Positions 1 through 12,609 of a stretch of 64,000 nt of DNA are shown here, in pieces. Both the position numbers and the translations under genes were made by a program. Location of the stretch: positions 248,797 through 312,796 of the forward strand of contig NW_021832221.1 of the NCBI RefSeq assembly GCF_006345805.1, given 5' to 3'. Within the stretch, counting starts at the first letter, position 1; each line of letters opens with the position of its first letter. Below the pieces are notes generated by a model. It saw nothing but the letters and a program-made list of their open reading frames with translations. It did no database searches and was not told the origin of the DNA. This DNA comes from Octopus sinensis (lineage: Eukaryota).

Positions 1-2710
1 TTATATTGGGTAGTTTGGATTATTGTGCATATGTCGATTCGTGTTCTATTCTGCTGGATTTGTGTGTCGAGGGGTTGAGGACTGGCAATAGGGCGGTCGT
101 CCAGATCGTGGATTTAGCCATCAATGTTGTGATTTATGTTAATTTCAGGAGTTTCTGAATCGTGCGGGGGAGAATTTGAGTCACTCACAAAAATGGGATG
201 AGAAAATGCGGTCAGTTGTGGCAGATTTTGTGGGGGACCTGCAAGATTCGATTAATTTACAATCCAAAGACAACTTGGAATGCTTATTTAAAGTATTCGA
301 AAAAATCTATTCTGTATTTGTCATCCAATAAAATCTAGAAATTTGGATCTTCTTTTCCTCATGTTTTCACTTCGGTTGAAATTTTGCAATATTTTAGTCG
401 CTGTCGTGTCTGGCCAACCTTCGTTCCACGAATGGCTTCGAGTATTCCGAACAGCTCGACAGGACAATTGGAGCTGCGGTCAAATCAATGGGCCCTCAAT
501 TTGTGCTGTCTGTATTGGCAGTGGAATTCTTTCCCAATAATGACTTTGGGGACTTGACACATGGCTGGATCCTCCCATTATTGGCCAAAAATATTAAAAA
601 TGTGCCGCTGGAGTACTTTGTCTGCCGATTTCTCCCTCTGATTGACCAAATACAGGACAGGTGTAATCTGCTAGAACAAAATGGGAGATCAGTGTGTGCT
701 AAGAAATTGTCGACACTCCTGACTCAAATATGGGCACTTTTGCCATCGTTCTGCGACGGGGCGACGGATATATCAAATGTGTGTTTGTGTGTTATTCCAG
801 AGTGTTGATCCGATAATGCAGAGGTTGTATTCCCTGTGTGTGTCCGACTCCCCGCTTGTGGGGATGGCTCTCCGCGCATTGCGGAAGCTCATTGATACTG
901 CCCTGTCGTCCCCGAATTGTCAGTCACTGGGAATCCTCATTTTTAGTGGAGGATCGTCAAGTAGTGGGAAAATATACCAAAACATTCGTGTCTTTTTGCA
1001 TCAACAAAGTGATGGGATTGGAACATTCGAATGAAGGGAGAATATGGAAATGGAGTACATCACTACTATTAGGAGAGTAATCGGCTACTTGGTGAGCAGG
1101 TGAGACGGCAGTCTGTCATTTGTAGGACATTGGTCTGGTTTACTCGATGGTCTTGGGGAAAATGGGTGAACTAACAGTGGATAAATATAAGGAGAACATG
1201 CCATCGCTGTAGTGATTTGCTGACTATAGTAGACGAGCAATGTTGAGTGTGAGCAGAACAGGAGTTGTTTATTTGGGAAATGAACAGATTGGGGGTCTGC
1301 TTGGATATATTGTGAGAATATTGGAGGTGGGGCAGTGGGTGTATTGTAGAGTGGACATTCTATTGACCATTGTGTCCAGAAGAGAGGGTATGTGCTTTTG
1401 GGTGACATTCTTCATCATCCGAGGGGCTGATATATCTTCCCGATTGGGGGAACTCTCCCAATTGCTGTTTGGAGACACTGCAGATTCTTCGTTGAGTTCA
1501 TCAAAAGCAGTTTGCAGTGTATTTAAGTATTGAAGGCTCGATTTCGATGTCTTCTTCTCGTTTCTACGCGGCTTGCAGGTTACTCTGAACAAATTGTGGA
1601 CGGAATGGTCGCAGAAGGAATCATTGGGTTGGGGGAAATAGGAAGGAAGGCAAGAGATGGGGCGCACGTGCTTATTAATGGTGCCCGGCAATATATTCTG
1701 AGGACTGGCGTGGATATGGATTGTTGTGGGGCTACTACTAAAGTGGTCTCCAAATTGATGCTTGGACTGGTGGGAGATGGGTCACTTATATGTCGAGTAT
1801 TGGTAGCACTGAGAGGCCTCATTGGTCGGGAGTCGAGTATTGCTTTGTAAGAGTCCAATATAGTGACATTCACTGAGAAGATGGTGGAATTGTGCATAGA
1901 TAATGGGATCAGACTGTTGGGACATCCTCAGTCGGCTGTTGTACTTGAAAGTCTCGGATTGCTTCACTCCACGTTGATTTACTTCAACTGTGGAGTGGTA
2001 GTTTGTTCAATTCATAAAATGGTATTGTGTTGTCTGATTGAGTAGATTCCTGCTGTGATGAGGGTGGCTGGACTGGACTGTTCCAGTAAGATCAGAATCA
2101 AAAGAAGACGAATTTTGACCAAAGCGTGTAAAATGATTGGGTTGTCTCATGTTTGTTATGAGTAGTCTTGATTCACTGAAGGAACTAGTCCCAGTTGAGT
2201 TCCACAAGGTTTTGTCGAATATTGCCAAATCAATTCGTTCTAATAAAAAGACAAAGAATGATGATGAAGTGACACTCCATGGCCAAATGTTGTTTTCTTG
2301 TATTTATTTGCAGTGAGGGTGGATTGAGTGACTCGTGTGATGAGACTTGTGTGTCCTCCAGGAGTGTGAGGGGAGTGGTCAGACTAAGAAAGAATGATGG
2401 AGACATTGTAGATTTGGCAGATCCTTCTGCCATCGGGAAGACCATGGGTAATGTGTGAATATATATTTTGTTAGAATCTGTTGCTAGAGTGAGTACCCGG
2501 GAGAAATCGGCTGTTTCTGTCACGGAGGATGGGAAATTGGTGGTGATGGGGGAGTGTGGTGGAGATTTGGATGACGAGCCTCATTTGGATGTGAAACGTA
2601 AAAGGAGGAAGTTGGTTGACAAAAAGTCGCGTAAAAAGGCGTGGAAAAAGAATCGAACGACCATGCCTGCCAGTCAGAGGCGTGCCAGGAAAAGGCATGG
2701 ACATTACTGA
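1..2710 (+). CDS. RRP12: RRP12-like ribosome biogenesis protein (NUC173), 5' end outside window, many micro-introns
   Basis: Spliced translation gives EQLDRTIGAAVKSMGPQFVL...GWILPLL...QIWALLPSFC, matching the RRP12 signature GAAVxSMGPE...WLLP...W.LLPGFC. GT-AG introns of 22-28 nt restore frame (e.g. gtgtgtttgtgtgttattccag near 779-800). The basic C-terminus ends at TGA 2708-2710 (exact last exon less certain). Confidence 0.88.
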
Positions 2711-2972
2711 TATATTCTCTACAATTTAAACTTAGTTCTTTAATTTTTTAATGTTTAAAATGCATGTGTATAAAAATTGATATTAGCTATTCGACCCTCT
2801 TTTGGGCAATCGTGTTGATTTATTAAGGAGATTATTCTATCGACAACGCTATACCGTGTTTGATTGATCTTATAAATCATTTGCTGGATATATATTCGAA
2901 ACATATATCCCAGTTTATCAAAACAAACACTGACCATAATTTTACAGTTTTCAACTACCTATTTATGCGAAG

Positions 2973-3255
2973 CAGGTTTTTCCAACCTGCATAATATGAA
3001 ATATAACAAATGCGAAAGTTTGAGAAACATTGATGCTGAAATGTGGCTTTGTCAACCATTCGACCTGATTTGATAATATATGCAACCAACAAAATAATAA
3101 GATTTCATTTTCATTATTATAAAAATTTGGCATTAAATTATCAATTTTTGTACTTGGTTTTACACTCTTAAATTTATTTGTTTATATTTAAATGTGTGCC
3201 GTGGATTATTTTTTTAAGATTAGTGTGCCGCGAGAATATTTTTTGAAAAGCTCTG
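2973..3255. mobile_element. Possible hAT/Buster-like non-autonomous relic
   Basis: Left end caggtttttccaacc, right end gaaaagctctg followed by ctcTAgac (Buster-type nnnTAnnn site), internal gtgtgccg motifs. TIRs are imperfect and the left 8 bp do not match the putative TSD. Confidence 0.3.
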
Positions 3256-3596
3256 CTCTAGACAGCTCTCTCCATTTCGTTCTATTTTAAACAGCGACGG
3301 GCAATATTTTCAGCTTTAAACGCTAATTGAAGTAATCACACTAAACGAGAACTGGTTATTTGTAGATGTCAGGCATTGCTTTTGACTATAGGCAAAAAGA
3401 TTCGTTAGGCGAATTGACCCTCAGACTATACACTTTCTCCTTTAAAAAGAAAAATCGTCATCTCTTAAGTCTTCGGTGAATATTTGGCAAATTTCAGTAA
3501 TTTTGTATTTTTTTATTTTGAACAAAGTAAGTGTATAGTAAAATAATAACCTACAAAAAATATACGAATAAACTATAATTTCGTTTATTGTGGTGT

Positions 3597-4137
3597 ATGA
3601 ATTCAGACTCAGCGAAGAATACATTCCTCGATCAAATAAAAAAACGAAAAATATTAGAAGAAGAAGCCTTGATAGCCGTAATCGACCTACTAAACGTGAA
3701 TATAACCCCAGAGCAACTAAACACGAACGTACTGCCCTAAGAATACTCGTAGTTGGCACATTTGAACAAGCACTACTACAAGGACGTGGAAGAAGAGCGA
3801 TCAATTCAGCACATGTGTGGATACCCTCTCTGTGACAATCCTCTCACCAATGTCCCTATTCATCCTCATTCTCAGGTGCCTCAGAAAAAGTACAAAATAT
3901 GTTTATCGAGCAATACTGTCTACGATATTGCCAATCTTAAGGTTATTCTCTCACTAGGCCTTCTAGAAGTTCTGCAGTACGTCCTGCTACCACAATTCTC
4001 GCTCTGTTTTGAATGGACTGAGTGCTGAGCCTATTTGGGCCAGAACTTGCGAAGGAGTGTTCGTGGACAGGGAGGGTGATGTGTCTTCTTCCTCAAGTTT
4101 GGAGATTACTGCAGATTTTGATTCCATGTGTTTATAA
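3597..4137 (+). CDS. RPAP2: RPAP2/Rtr1 CTD phosphatase-like protein, copy 1 (155 aa, 3 introns of 24, 24, 25 nt)
   Basis: Spliced: ...YYKDVEEERSIQHMCGYPLCDNPLTNVPQKKYKICLSSNTVYDIANLKKFCSTSCY...EPIWAR, matching the Rtr1/RPAP2 zinc-binding domain (ERS..CGYPLC...KYKI...VYD...FCS.C). Confidence 0.9.
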
Positions 4138-4218
4138 AATAATATTTTATTATAAAAATAAATTATTAAATAATAATTAGATACTAAATTTAAATATTTC
4201 TAGTTGACGTGTCTGGTT

Positions 4219-4544
4219 ATGGTACTGTTTTTAATTCAGTAATCATAGGTGATAATTTCAGCAGCAATACTCAACAAAAAAGGAACAGGTGAATTAAAAA
4301 CAAATATTATAGAACTAATATCTCGACAGTTCGTGGATATCGACAGATCCACAATGGAAGGCCTACTGGCCGCCTTCCCACAACTCGTCAAAAACTCTAA
4401 AGACTACACATATGAAGAAATAGGCGAAATCCGCTACATCTATCAGCCAATCGAGGAACTCTACGTGCTTCTAATAACGAACAAGGCCAGCAATATAATG
4501 GAGGATATCGAATGTCTCCGTCTGTTCGCCCGAGTGGTATGCGA
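4219..4544 (+). pseudogene. ARCN1: Truncated delta-COP copy (N-terminal about 90 codons, broken in intron 3 by the duplication junction)
   Basis: Near-identical to 5864-6190 up to cgagtggtatgcga, then switches to the 2760-type spacer sequence. Confidence 0.85.
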
Positions 4545-4545
4545 A

Positions 4546-6190
4546 TGCATGTGTATAAAATTGATATTAGCTATTCGACCGTCTTTTGGGCAATCGTGTT
4601 GATTTAAGGAGATTATTCTGTCGACAACGCTATACCGTGTTTGATTGATCTTATAGATCATTTGATTATTTTTATTCACTGCAATAAAACGTCAAGTTGA
4701 ATACGTGGTTTACTGAGTGCATCGAATTTGGAGCACTGATAGTCAACATCGTGATTCAAGAACTGAATCCTGAATTTATTGTGTTTTTTATAAATTCTTT
4801 TTGTCCCAATATGAGCACTACACGATGTCATCGGCAATGACTAAGCTTTAGACAGCTCTCTCCATTTTGTTCTATTTTAAACAGCGACGCGCAACATTTT
4901 CAGCTTTAAACGCAAATTCGACAAATAGTTATCTATTAATAAAATCTGGACATTTTTAAATATAAAGTAATCTCACTAAACAAGAACTGGTTATTTGTAG
5001 ATGTCAGGCATTGCTTTTAACTATTGGCAAAAAGATTCGTTAGGCGAAATGGCCCTCAGACTATACCCTTTCTCCTTTAAAAAGAAAAATCGTCATCTCA
5101 TTAAGTCTTCGGTGAATATTTTGGCAAGTTTCAGTAATTTTGTATTTTTTTATTTTGAACAATTAAATGTATAGTAAAATAATAACCTACAAAAAATATA
5201 CGAATAAACTATATAAATAATTTCGTTTATTGTGGTGTATGAATTCCAACTCAGCGAAGAATACATTTCTCGATCAAATAAAAAAACGAAAAATATTAGA
5301 AGAAGAAGCCCTGATAGCCGTAATCGACCTATTAAACGTGAATATAACCCCAGAGCAACTAAACACGAACGTACTGCCCTAAGAATACTCGTAGCTGGCA
5401 CATCTAAACAAGCACTACTACAAGGACGTGGAAGAAGAGCGATCAATTCAGCACATGTGCGGATACCCTCTCTGTGACAATCCTCTCACCAATGTCCCTA
5501 TTCATCCTCATTCCCAGGTGCCTCACAAAAAGTACAAAATATGTTTATCGAGCAATACTGTCTACGATATTGCCAATCTTAAGGTTATTCTCTCACTAGG
5601 CCTTCTAGAAGTTTTGCAGTACGTCCTGCTACCACAATTCTCGCTCTGTTTTGAATGGACTGAGTGCTGAGCCTATTTGGGCCAGAACTTGTGAAGGAGT
5701 GTTCGTGGACAGGGAGGGTGATGTGTCTTCTTCCTCAAGTTTGGACATTACTGCAGATTTTGATTCCATGTGTTTATAAAATAATATTTTATTATAAAAA
5801 TAAATTATTAAATAATAATTAAATTGATACTAAATTTAAATATTTCTAGTGACGTGTCTGGTTATGGTACTGTTTTTAATTCAGTAATCATAGGTGATAA
5901 TTTCAGCAGCAATACTCAACAAAAAAGGAACAGGTGAATTAAAAACAAATATTATAGAACTAATATCTCGACAGTTCGTGGATATCGACAGATCCACAAT
6001 GGAAGGCCTACTGGCCGCCTTCCCACAACTCGTCAAAAACTCTAAAGACTACACATATGAAGAAATAGGCGAAATCCGCTACATCTATCAGCCAATCGAG
6101 GAACTCTACGTGCTTCTAATAACGAACAAGGCCAGCAATATAATGGAGGACATCGAATGTCTCCGTCTGTTCGCCCGAGTGGTATGCGAG
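4546..6190 (+). repeat. Tandem segmental duplication, unit 2
   Basis: Direct comparison with unit 1. Differences in RPAP2 are mostly synonymous. Confidence 0.9.
5239..5779 (+). CDS. RPAP2: RPAP2/Rtr1-like protein, copy 2 (intact)
   Basis: Same exon structure as copy 1. Amino-acid differences seen: D4N, Q to H in VPQKK, E to D near the C-terminus. Confidence 0.9.
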
Positions 6191-7581
6191 TGTGTTCTGA
6201 CAGTCCAGCTGTGTGAGTACTGTCCAGAAGTGACAGAGGAAACAGTCTACGACCAAACATTTGATTTAATATTCGCATTTGACGAGGTGGTCACTCAGGG
6301 CTACCGGGAAAACGTGACTCTCAGTCAAGTCCGGAAGTACATTGAAATGGACAGTCTGGACGAAAATCTCTACAATATTGAGAAACAGGCCAAGGAAAGG
6401 AAGGCTAAGCAAACCATCAGACAGGAGGCTCGGAGGATCACTCAAACTAAGATCCTGGAAGCCCGAATGGACCAACCTGAGGCCAATCCCCTCGCAGAAG
6501 CCATCAAACAGAAATTGTGGAAACATTTGACCAAGAATTCCAAACCGAGGGAGTATCCGACTGTAAATCACGTTATTCCTGAATTCCGCCAAAAGTCTAA
6601 TTTTGTATTTATTCGTAGACCTGTGAGGAGTGCCCCCAAACCGGTGCCCGACTCCCTCAAACTTGGGAATACGAGCAAGGAGGCCGAGTTTATGGCTCAA
6701 CTGCGAACAGAGGGGCACGTTTCGAGGACAGTCGACGTTGTTTCTACGGGAAATGTGCAGCGGAAATGGTGGTGATGTGTATGCATGTTTGAGTAGTGTT
6801 GTGGTGTTGGCGAAGGAGTCATTGGAGGTGGATGCAGATTGTGACATGGGATTGGTCAGTCTCAAAATATTCGGGTCACTTTCTGTGCGAATTGGGAATG
6901 GGGGGATGACTCGTTGTGCCGTGGTGGTGAAGGGGAGGGCAGAGGGGATTGTCTTCGAGGTGATTACTCTTCTAATTTGTAGACTCACCCCCGCATTAGT
7001 AAATCCGTGTTTGCCCAGAGTGGCAGATTGGAGTTGGCTGATACTAAATTTGAGTTCCCGTTGGACACGGACGCCTCACTCGTCAAGTGGCACCAGACTA
7101 CGAAAGATGACTCAAAATTGCCCCTCTCTGGTTGATTGTTGGACACATGTGTAGTACACTGCTGGCCAAACCCGAGTTCTGGTGGGATGTGTCTTGTGAG
7201 TGTGGAGTATGATTTGCAGTCCTCAATCGAGTTGTATGATGTGGTTATGACAATTCCCCTCAGGTTGTGTTATCCTTCCAATGTAGGAATCCGAGTTCGG
7301 TTAAAGTGACTCAGTGTGACTGTGGGGAGTTCTTTATTAACCGGTCTCGAGGGTGTGTTGAATGGCGGTTGAGTTCGCTTACGCCTTCTCAGCCTACGGG
7401 GATGCTGGAGTTTACAGGAGAAGGGTCCCCCAAACAGTTTTTCCCAGTGAATGTGTCGTTTGAGTCGTTTTCGTGTCTATCTGGTGTTGGTGTGGAATGT
7501 GTTGTCGTTGGGGAGACGCAGGCTGACTTTGATTTTGAGGAGTCGCTGAATGTCAAGTCATATACTATTAGGTCTACCTAA
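5864..7581 (+). CDS. ARCN1: Coatomer subunit delta (delta-COP/archain)
   Basis: ATG, then a 27-nt intron (5867-5893), then VIISAAILNKKGT, a 24-nt intron (5934-5957), then ELISRQFVDIDRSTMEGLLAAFPQL...IRYIYQPIEELYVLLITNKASNIMEDIECLRLF...FDLIFAFDEVVTQGYRENVTLSQV. The C-terminal mu-homology domain ends GSPKQFFPVNVSF. Confidence 0.95.
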
Positions 7582-9180
7582 TTTTTATTATTACTATTAA
7601 TAATAGTACGTTTAATTTCACTCTTTCTGTGCGCATATGAAAGTGGTGTTCTGTCGTTGACTAAGTGGATAGAATTCCTTTATCCCTTATTTAAGTAAAA
7701 TTTATAAATAGCATTTTTACTATTCCAATTGTACTAGTCAACTTTATTCTACCTATTAAAGTAATCCAATTTTTGTGACTTTTTTTTGTGTTGTGTGATT
7801 TTGGTAATTTTTGAGTAATTTTTTTGAATAATCTAAAATTTAATATTGCTGAATAAACATTGGTTCTGTGATTTTAGAACAAATTTCATTATTTCAAGTC
7901 AATTTTTGAATTGTTCCCAGGTTTTCTTTTGATTATATTTTGTTAAATTTAAAAATTTTATTGGCTTGGCCCGTATTTCAAAATGTTTTATTTTCATTAA
8001 GATCAGCCATAATCATTTCCTGTTTTATAAAAATATTCTTAAACGGTTTTTGAAAAATCGTATTTTACGCATGAAGAAAAAAGTTTGTGAGGTAAGTGAA
8101 TACTATGGAGGATTTCATTCTGTAATTTTTATTCATGTTTCATGTTTATTTATATCATGTTTATTTGTATCAAGATCAATTGACAGTCCATTCCTTTACA
8201 TTTGATTATTTTGTTTTTCAATTCCTGACAGTCTCAATTATACTTTTCCGAGCATGCTCTTTGAAGCAACTCCTTTGTCAAAGCGTATTTGTTGAAAAAA
8301 TTATCTGCTCTGTATAATGAAAAAAACTTGAAGTTTATTATTAGTTTAGAGAAGGGGACCTGACAAGCAGAAGGAGAAATGACCATCGGGAACGGACATG
8401 GCTTTTCCAACGCACATCAATAGCCATCTTGCGTGAGAATTGCCATTCCATCTTATCCTCTGCTGCTAATTAAATACTAAATAATTATGTCATTGACACA
8501 ATAATTATAAATTAAAAAAAGTTTAGAGAAGAAAGGGAGGTGGTGCTTGAAGTTTCATCCTTTATTCACTTCGAAGGCTTTGGGCTTAGGAAATTAATTA
8601 GTTGCTCATTAACTGTTAATGAGTTTCTATTGATTAATGATAGTTCATATTATTAGTTTATGCGTGTAATCAGATATTTCTTTAGAAGAGAATCCATTAT
8701 AGCACTTAAGTTGAGACGGTTAAAAAAAATGTTTCTTATGATTTGATGGCAAATCAGGACAGTTGAGAGCCGCTGCTCTAACATATACACTCTGTCACTC
8801 ATAAAATTTTAGACAGAAAATAATAAACGACACCAAAATTAACAAAAAGACCTCAAAAACAGAAAAATTGACCAAGTTGACTTAAACTTTTATTCTAAAA
8901 GTTTTTCTGAAATAAAAATGTATTTCTCGTATTTTTATAATGAAATAATAACTTTCGAGTAGATTTAATTGACTTCTGGCTGCCCTATTGTTTACTAATA
9001 AATCATTATTCTAGTATTGTTGATGAACATTGATAAAAATAAAGTAAGTCAAGTTAATAAGCGTCGCCATAAGCATGGGACATAATTTTCAGTTGATTTT
9101 TATTATAGTTAAATTCATATTTGATTATAATAAAATTTATAATTTAGTAAAAAATAAATCTAGATTAAGTATTAAGAAAA

Positions 9181-10331
9181 ATGCTCTGCGGTTCTAAACC
9201 TTATAATTAACTACCTAAAATATATTTAGAAGACTCTTGGCTCGACAAATCGTCGACTCCACCAACAGGCTACCTCCAATTGATGTGCGTCCTCCTGCAG
9301 TCATTTCAGGATCTTAAACACATTCGAAACGCCACCACAACCGAACTAATTTTCCCATCACTAGAATCCCTCATGTCTGACATACAGTCCTACGGATATT
9401 TCCAAAAGTGTGATCTGATTGTGATTTTTCTTCCCCTCATGTGGGCATTCGTCCGGACAAGACTAATAAAGGACGTCCAAGTTGGAGGACACGTTCACTC
9501 CTAGTCATTCGTCTCCCGAAGGTGGACACGCATCCCCCAGTCCGTCTCCCGGAGGGTGGCACAGAACTCAGTGCAGACGTGCATTCACTTGCTGTTCACT
9601 GTGTGCTCGTGCTATAGCGTGCTGCACCTCCGAAGGCACTACTTTCACGACCCTCTCTCATTTCTGGGGGGTTAGTTGTGTGTAGTATCCCAGATTGGAC
9701 TGCCATTGAGGCTATCCCCCGAGATATCTACGTCAATTACGTCCTGCAGATGACCAGTTATGTCTCGGGGGTGTACTCCACTCTCTATGTCGATGTTTGG
9801 AGAGCAGACTCCCCCCTTCTCCTGTTCCACCACTTCCTCACCATTAGTCTGATTGGCCTCTCCTACATCCTCAGGTGGACTCTCCAGTGAGTGTAGGTTC
9901 TTTCATACAGGAGTCTTTGTCATGTTTCTTCATGACTTTCTCGACGTGTTTTTGGGAATCGCCAAACTATTTCAATATTTTGGGAAATACTACACTCCTC
10001 TCTGCTTCATAGCCATTTCTAACATTTCTTTATTCCTCTTTTCTGCACTCTGGTTTCCATTTTGGATCATTTTAGGTTCGTCTCGAGGCTTAATTGGTAC
10101 CCAATGAAGGTCTTGTTTGCCTGCTCTGTCGGCTTCGTCGTCTACCCCGAGATTCCCCAGTCCTTCTATTCTGTTTTTAACAGTTTGCTTTGGTTTCTTC
10201 AACTGGCGCACGTTATTTGGTCGTTTGTATGCCATTTTTGGTATTTCTAGTTTATCTTGAAAGCCGTGTATCGCATTCTTCACGGATTCATGCCCGAGTT
10301 CAGAGAAGAGGAGTCAGATGGGGACAAATAA
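9181..10331 (+). CDS. CERS1: Ceramide synthase (TLC/Lag1 domain), CerS1-like
   Basis: VDVWRADSPLLLFHHFLTISLIGLSYILR...GVFVMFLHDFLDVFLGIAKLF...SRLNWYPMKVL, containing the Lag1 HH and HD motifs. The start exon is inferred. Confidence 0.88.
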
Positions 10332-11135
10332 TTACTTTTGTTTGTATATTTAATGCATTTAATGGATTCATTTTATTATCGTTTTTAATGAAAAGCAACG
10401 GCAAACATGTCGTGACTCGTCTAAATTAGTTCTTTGAAATCTCTTAGTAATTTATTGATATTTAAATACTCTTGTGCATAATGGTTGCATGAGATTTAAT
10501 CAATTATCAAAATACACTTTACAGTCACATCTAATAGTTTGGAGTGCACATTTCTGAGGAGGTGAGGTTTATTTTTAATGGCAGACTTGATATTTCCAGT
10601 TGGGGGACTTTTATCATTTGCTTTTGTATTTTATTCGACATTAAATAAATTAAATTCTTACGCGTCTGTAAATTATTTCTTCTCAGTGGACAATAAATCA
10701 ATCACGCAATAAAAGATAAAATTGTTAAAGATTTTCTTCAAAAAATTTCTATAAAGTACAAAAAGAGGAAGAGTAAGGCACTGTATCACGAATAAAAAAC
10801 AGTCTTTATTTTTTGATTCCTCATCCCGAGAATGAACTTGTTGAAAAACAGGTTGAACCCCGAAAAGACGGAAAATACTTTTTTAGGCACAAGACTTTTT
10901 ACACCGATTATGATTAGTTTCATTAAATATTGAATAAAACAGAAATTAAAAAAATAAAAGAAGTTTTGTTTACTTTCATTTTTGAGGCACACCTCTGCAT
11001 CCCCTGACCATTACAACTGCCAATAAAGTACTTTTGGTTCGCCAAACCGGACTGTAATAATTTATATTTTATTTTAATGTGATTAAAAATAAAAAAATAA
11101 TAGACATATTCATATAAAATATTTTTGGTGTCCGT

Positions 11136-12480
11136 ATGATTATCCCACGTTTCTGGCTTAAACAAGACGACAAATTTATTTATATAAATGTAAAAATAAT
11201 GCGCTGTTACATAAAAAATACGGAAATCGTTATCCCCGATGAGAACACATTCATATTCAGTTCCGACCCATACTTTCTCAGACTTAATTTCCGCAACCAA
11301 ATAAAAAGAAAAGACGAGGACGAATGTGATTGCTCTTATGATGCCGACCAAGGTCACTTGCTTAAGTTTATAAAACAGGAGTATTGACCTTCTCAGTATT
11401 AAAGAAACAAAAATCTGAATTTTTTGACGACTTGGAAATGCTGACATTCCTCATGACCCCGCCGGATATCCCCCTACCCAAAAGACCGGGGATCGAAGAA
11501 ATCGACGGCCAGGAATCCGACCACGAGGAAATATGTGTAGGAATCCGCCACCCAAATTCCTACGGATTCGCATTTCGGCGAAACGTTCAGAGTGATGGAG
11601 ACTTTTTCCTAAAAGTACAAAGTTTGGAGTATTTAGGACGACTTTGGTGACATTTTTGACAAATCTTGTATTTTTATCAGCCAGGAGGAGCGGGAGAGAA
11701 TAGAAAATTCACATTTCAACGATTCGCATTATTTGTATGTTGAATAACTGGTTATCCCTCAGGGCAGATCTGCTGGACCAGGATAACGAAATTGCCGACC
11801 TTCTAAAATATGCCCAGCCCGAATGTGACGAGGACAGCCTGTTAGAATTGAAGGATCTGCCGAAAAGAAGCTGTAATTGTTATCCCCATAACAGACCTCC
11901 TGGACGGCGAGGAGGAGAACTGGGCGTGTTGTGGATTAGTGGATGTACTTCTCGCCTATTGCTACGAGGATGTGGTGACTGGGGGCCATTTTAGTGTTGA
12001 GGTTGTCCTTTTATTCTCAGGTGGAGTCTCCGTGGACTATTGTCAGACTGGCAGCCACATTGGGGTGTCTGGTGAGACATGAGACAGTGGGGGACGTCCT
12101 TCGGTCATTCACTCGCCGTTGTTTGTGTTATCCGCTTTATCGAAGTCTCAAGTTGATATCATTTGTACGGACTCGTGTGGCCGAGTTGCTCAAATGTATG
12201 TTTGGGGATTTATTTTAGGCAAGAAGAGTCTGGTTAGTAGTCTTATCCGACTGCGGTCTATTCTGAGGAGTGATAATTACAACGTGCTGAATGATTTGTA
12301 TGTGGATGATTACTGTGTGTGGACTCAGTCCTTGAAGAGTGGGCGACTGGCTGATTTGGCGAAGGAGTTGTCGGAGGTTTATTATGGGGATGGACTGGGT
12401 AGGTTGTGTTGGAGACGGAGGATATTGGCCTCCACATTCCAGAATTACAAATCGCCGCATCTCTCATTCTCCAAGAGTAG
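11136..12480 (+). CDS. SHQ1: SHQ1 H/ACA snoRNP assembly factor
   Basis: MIIPRFWLKQDDKFIYI...FSSDPYFLRLNF...SYDADQG (CS domain); VESPWTIVRLAATLGCL...RSFTRRCLCYPLYRS; ends DIGLHIPELQIAASLILQE*. Confidence 0.92.
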
Positions 12481-12609
12481 ACTGCCTTGTTATTGCTTGT
12501 TTATAAATTGTTTTATTGTTTATGCTACATTGAAAGAATAAATAAAATTACGATTAAGTTATTTAAAATATTCAGATAATAAATTCTTGGTGTTCCAATT
12601 CTTGTTTGT

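Larger units (their letters stand above)
2760..4545 (+). repeat. Tandem segmental duplication, unit 1 (spacer + RPAP2 + 5' part of delta-COP)
   Basis: 2760-2884 matches 4546-4665, and 3256-4544 matches about 4846-6190 (with an indel region near 3325/4915-4965). The two units differ between about 2885-3255 and 4666-4845. Confidence 0.9.

Noticed and set aside
1030-1085. Apparent frameshift in RRP12 (stop at 1078-1080)
   Set aside because: A 23-nt GT-AG intron (gtacatcactactattaggagag) restores the frame.
1085-2523. Long minus-strand ORFs opposite RRP12 (and similar antisense ORFs opposite ARCN1, MYPT, sacsin and the CRE element)
   Set aside because: Antisense shadows of real genes, favoured by the skewed composition; no family motifs.
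2884-2913. Imperfect hairpin as a Helitron 3' end
   Set aside because: No CTRR terminus at the expected distance; the stem is mostly AT dinucleotides.
3340-3480. Conserved block upstream of both RPAP2 copies, considered as snRNA (U4-like) or small ORF
   Set aside because: No convincing Sm site or U-snRNA motif; the small ORF is frameshifted between copies; similarity is explained by the duplication.
10786-11447. Minus-strand ORFs overlapping the SHQ1 start
   Set aside because: Low-complexity F/I/K/N-rich translations of AT-rich DNA; no consistent splice model.
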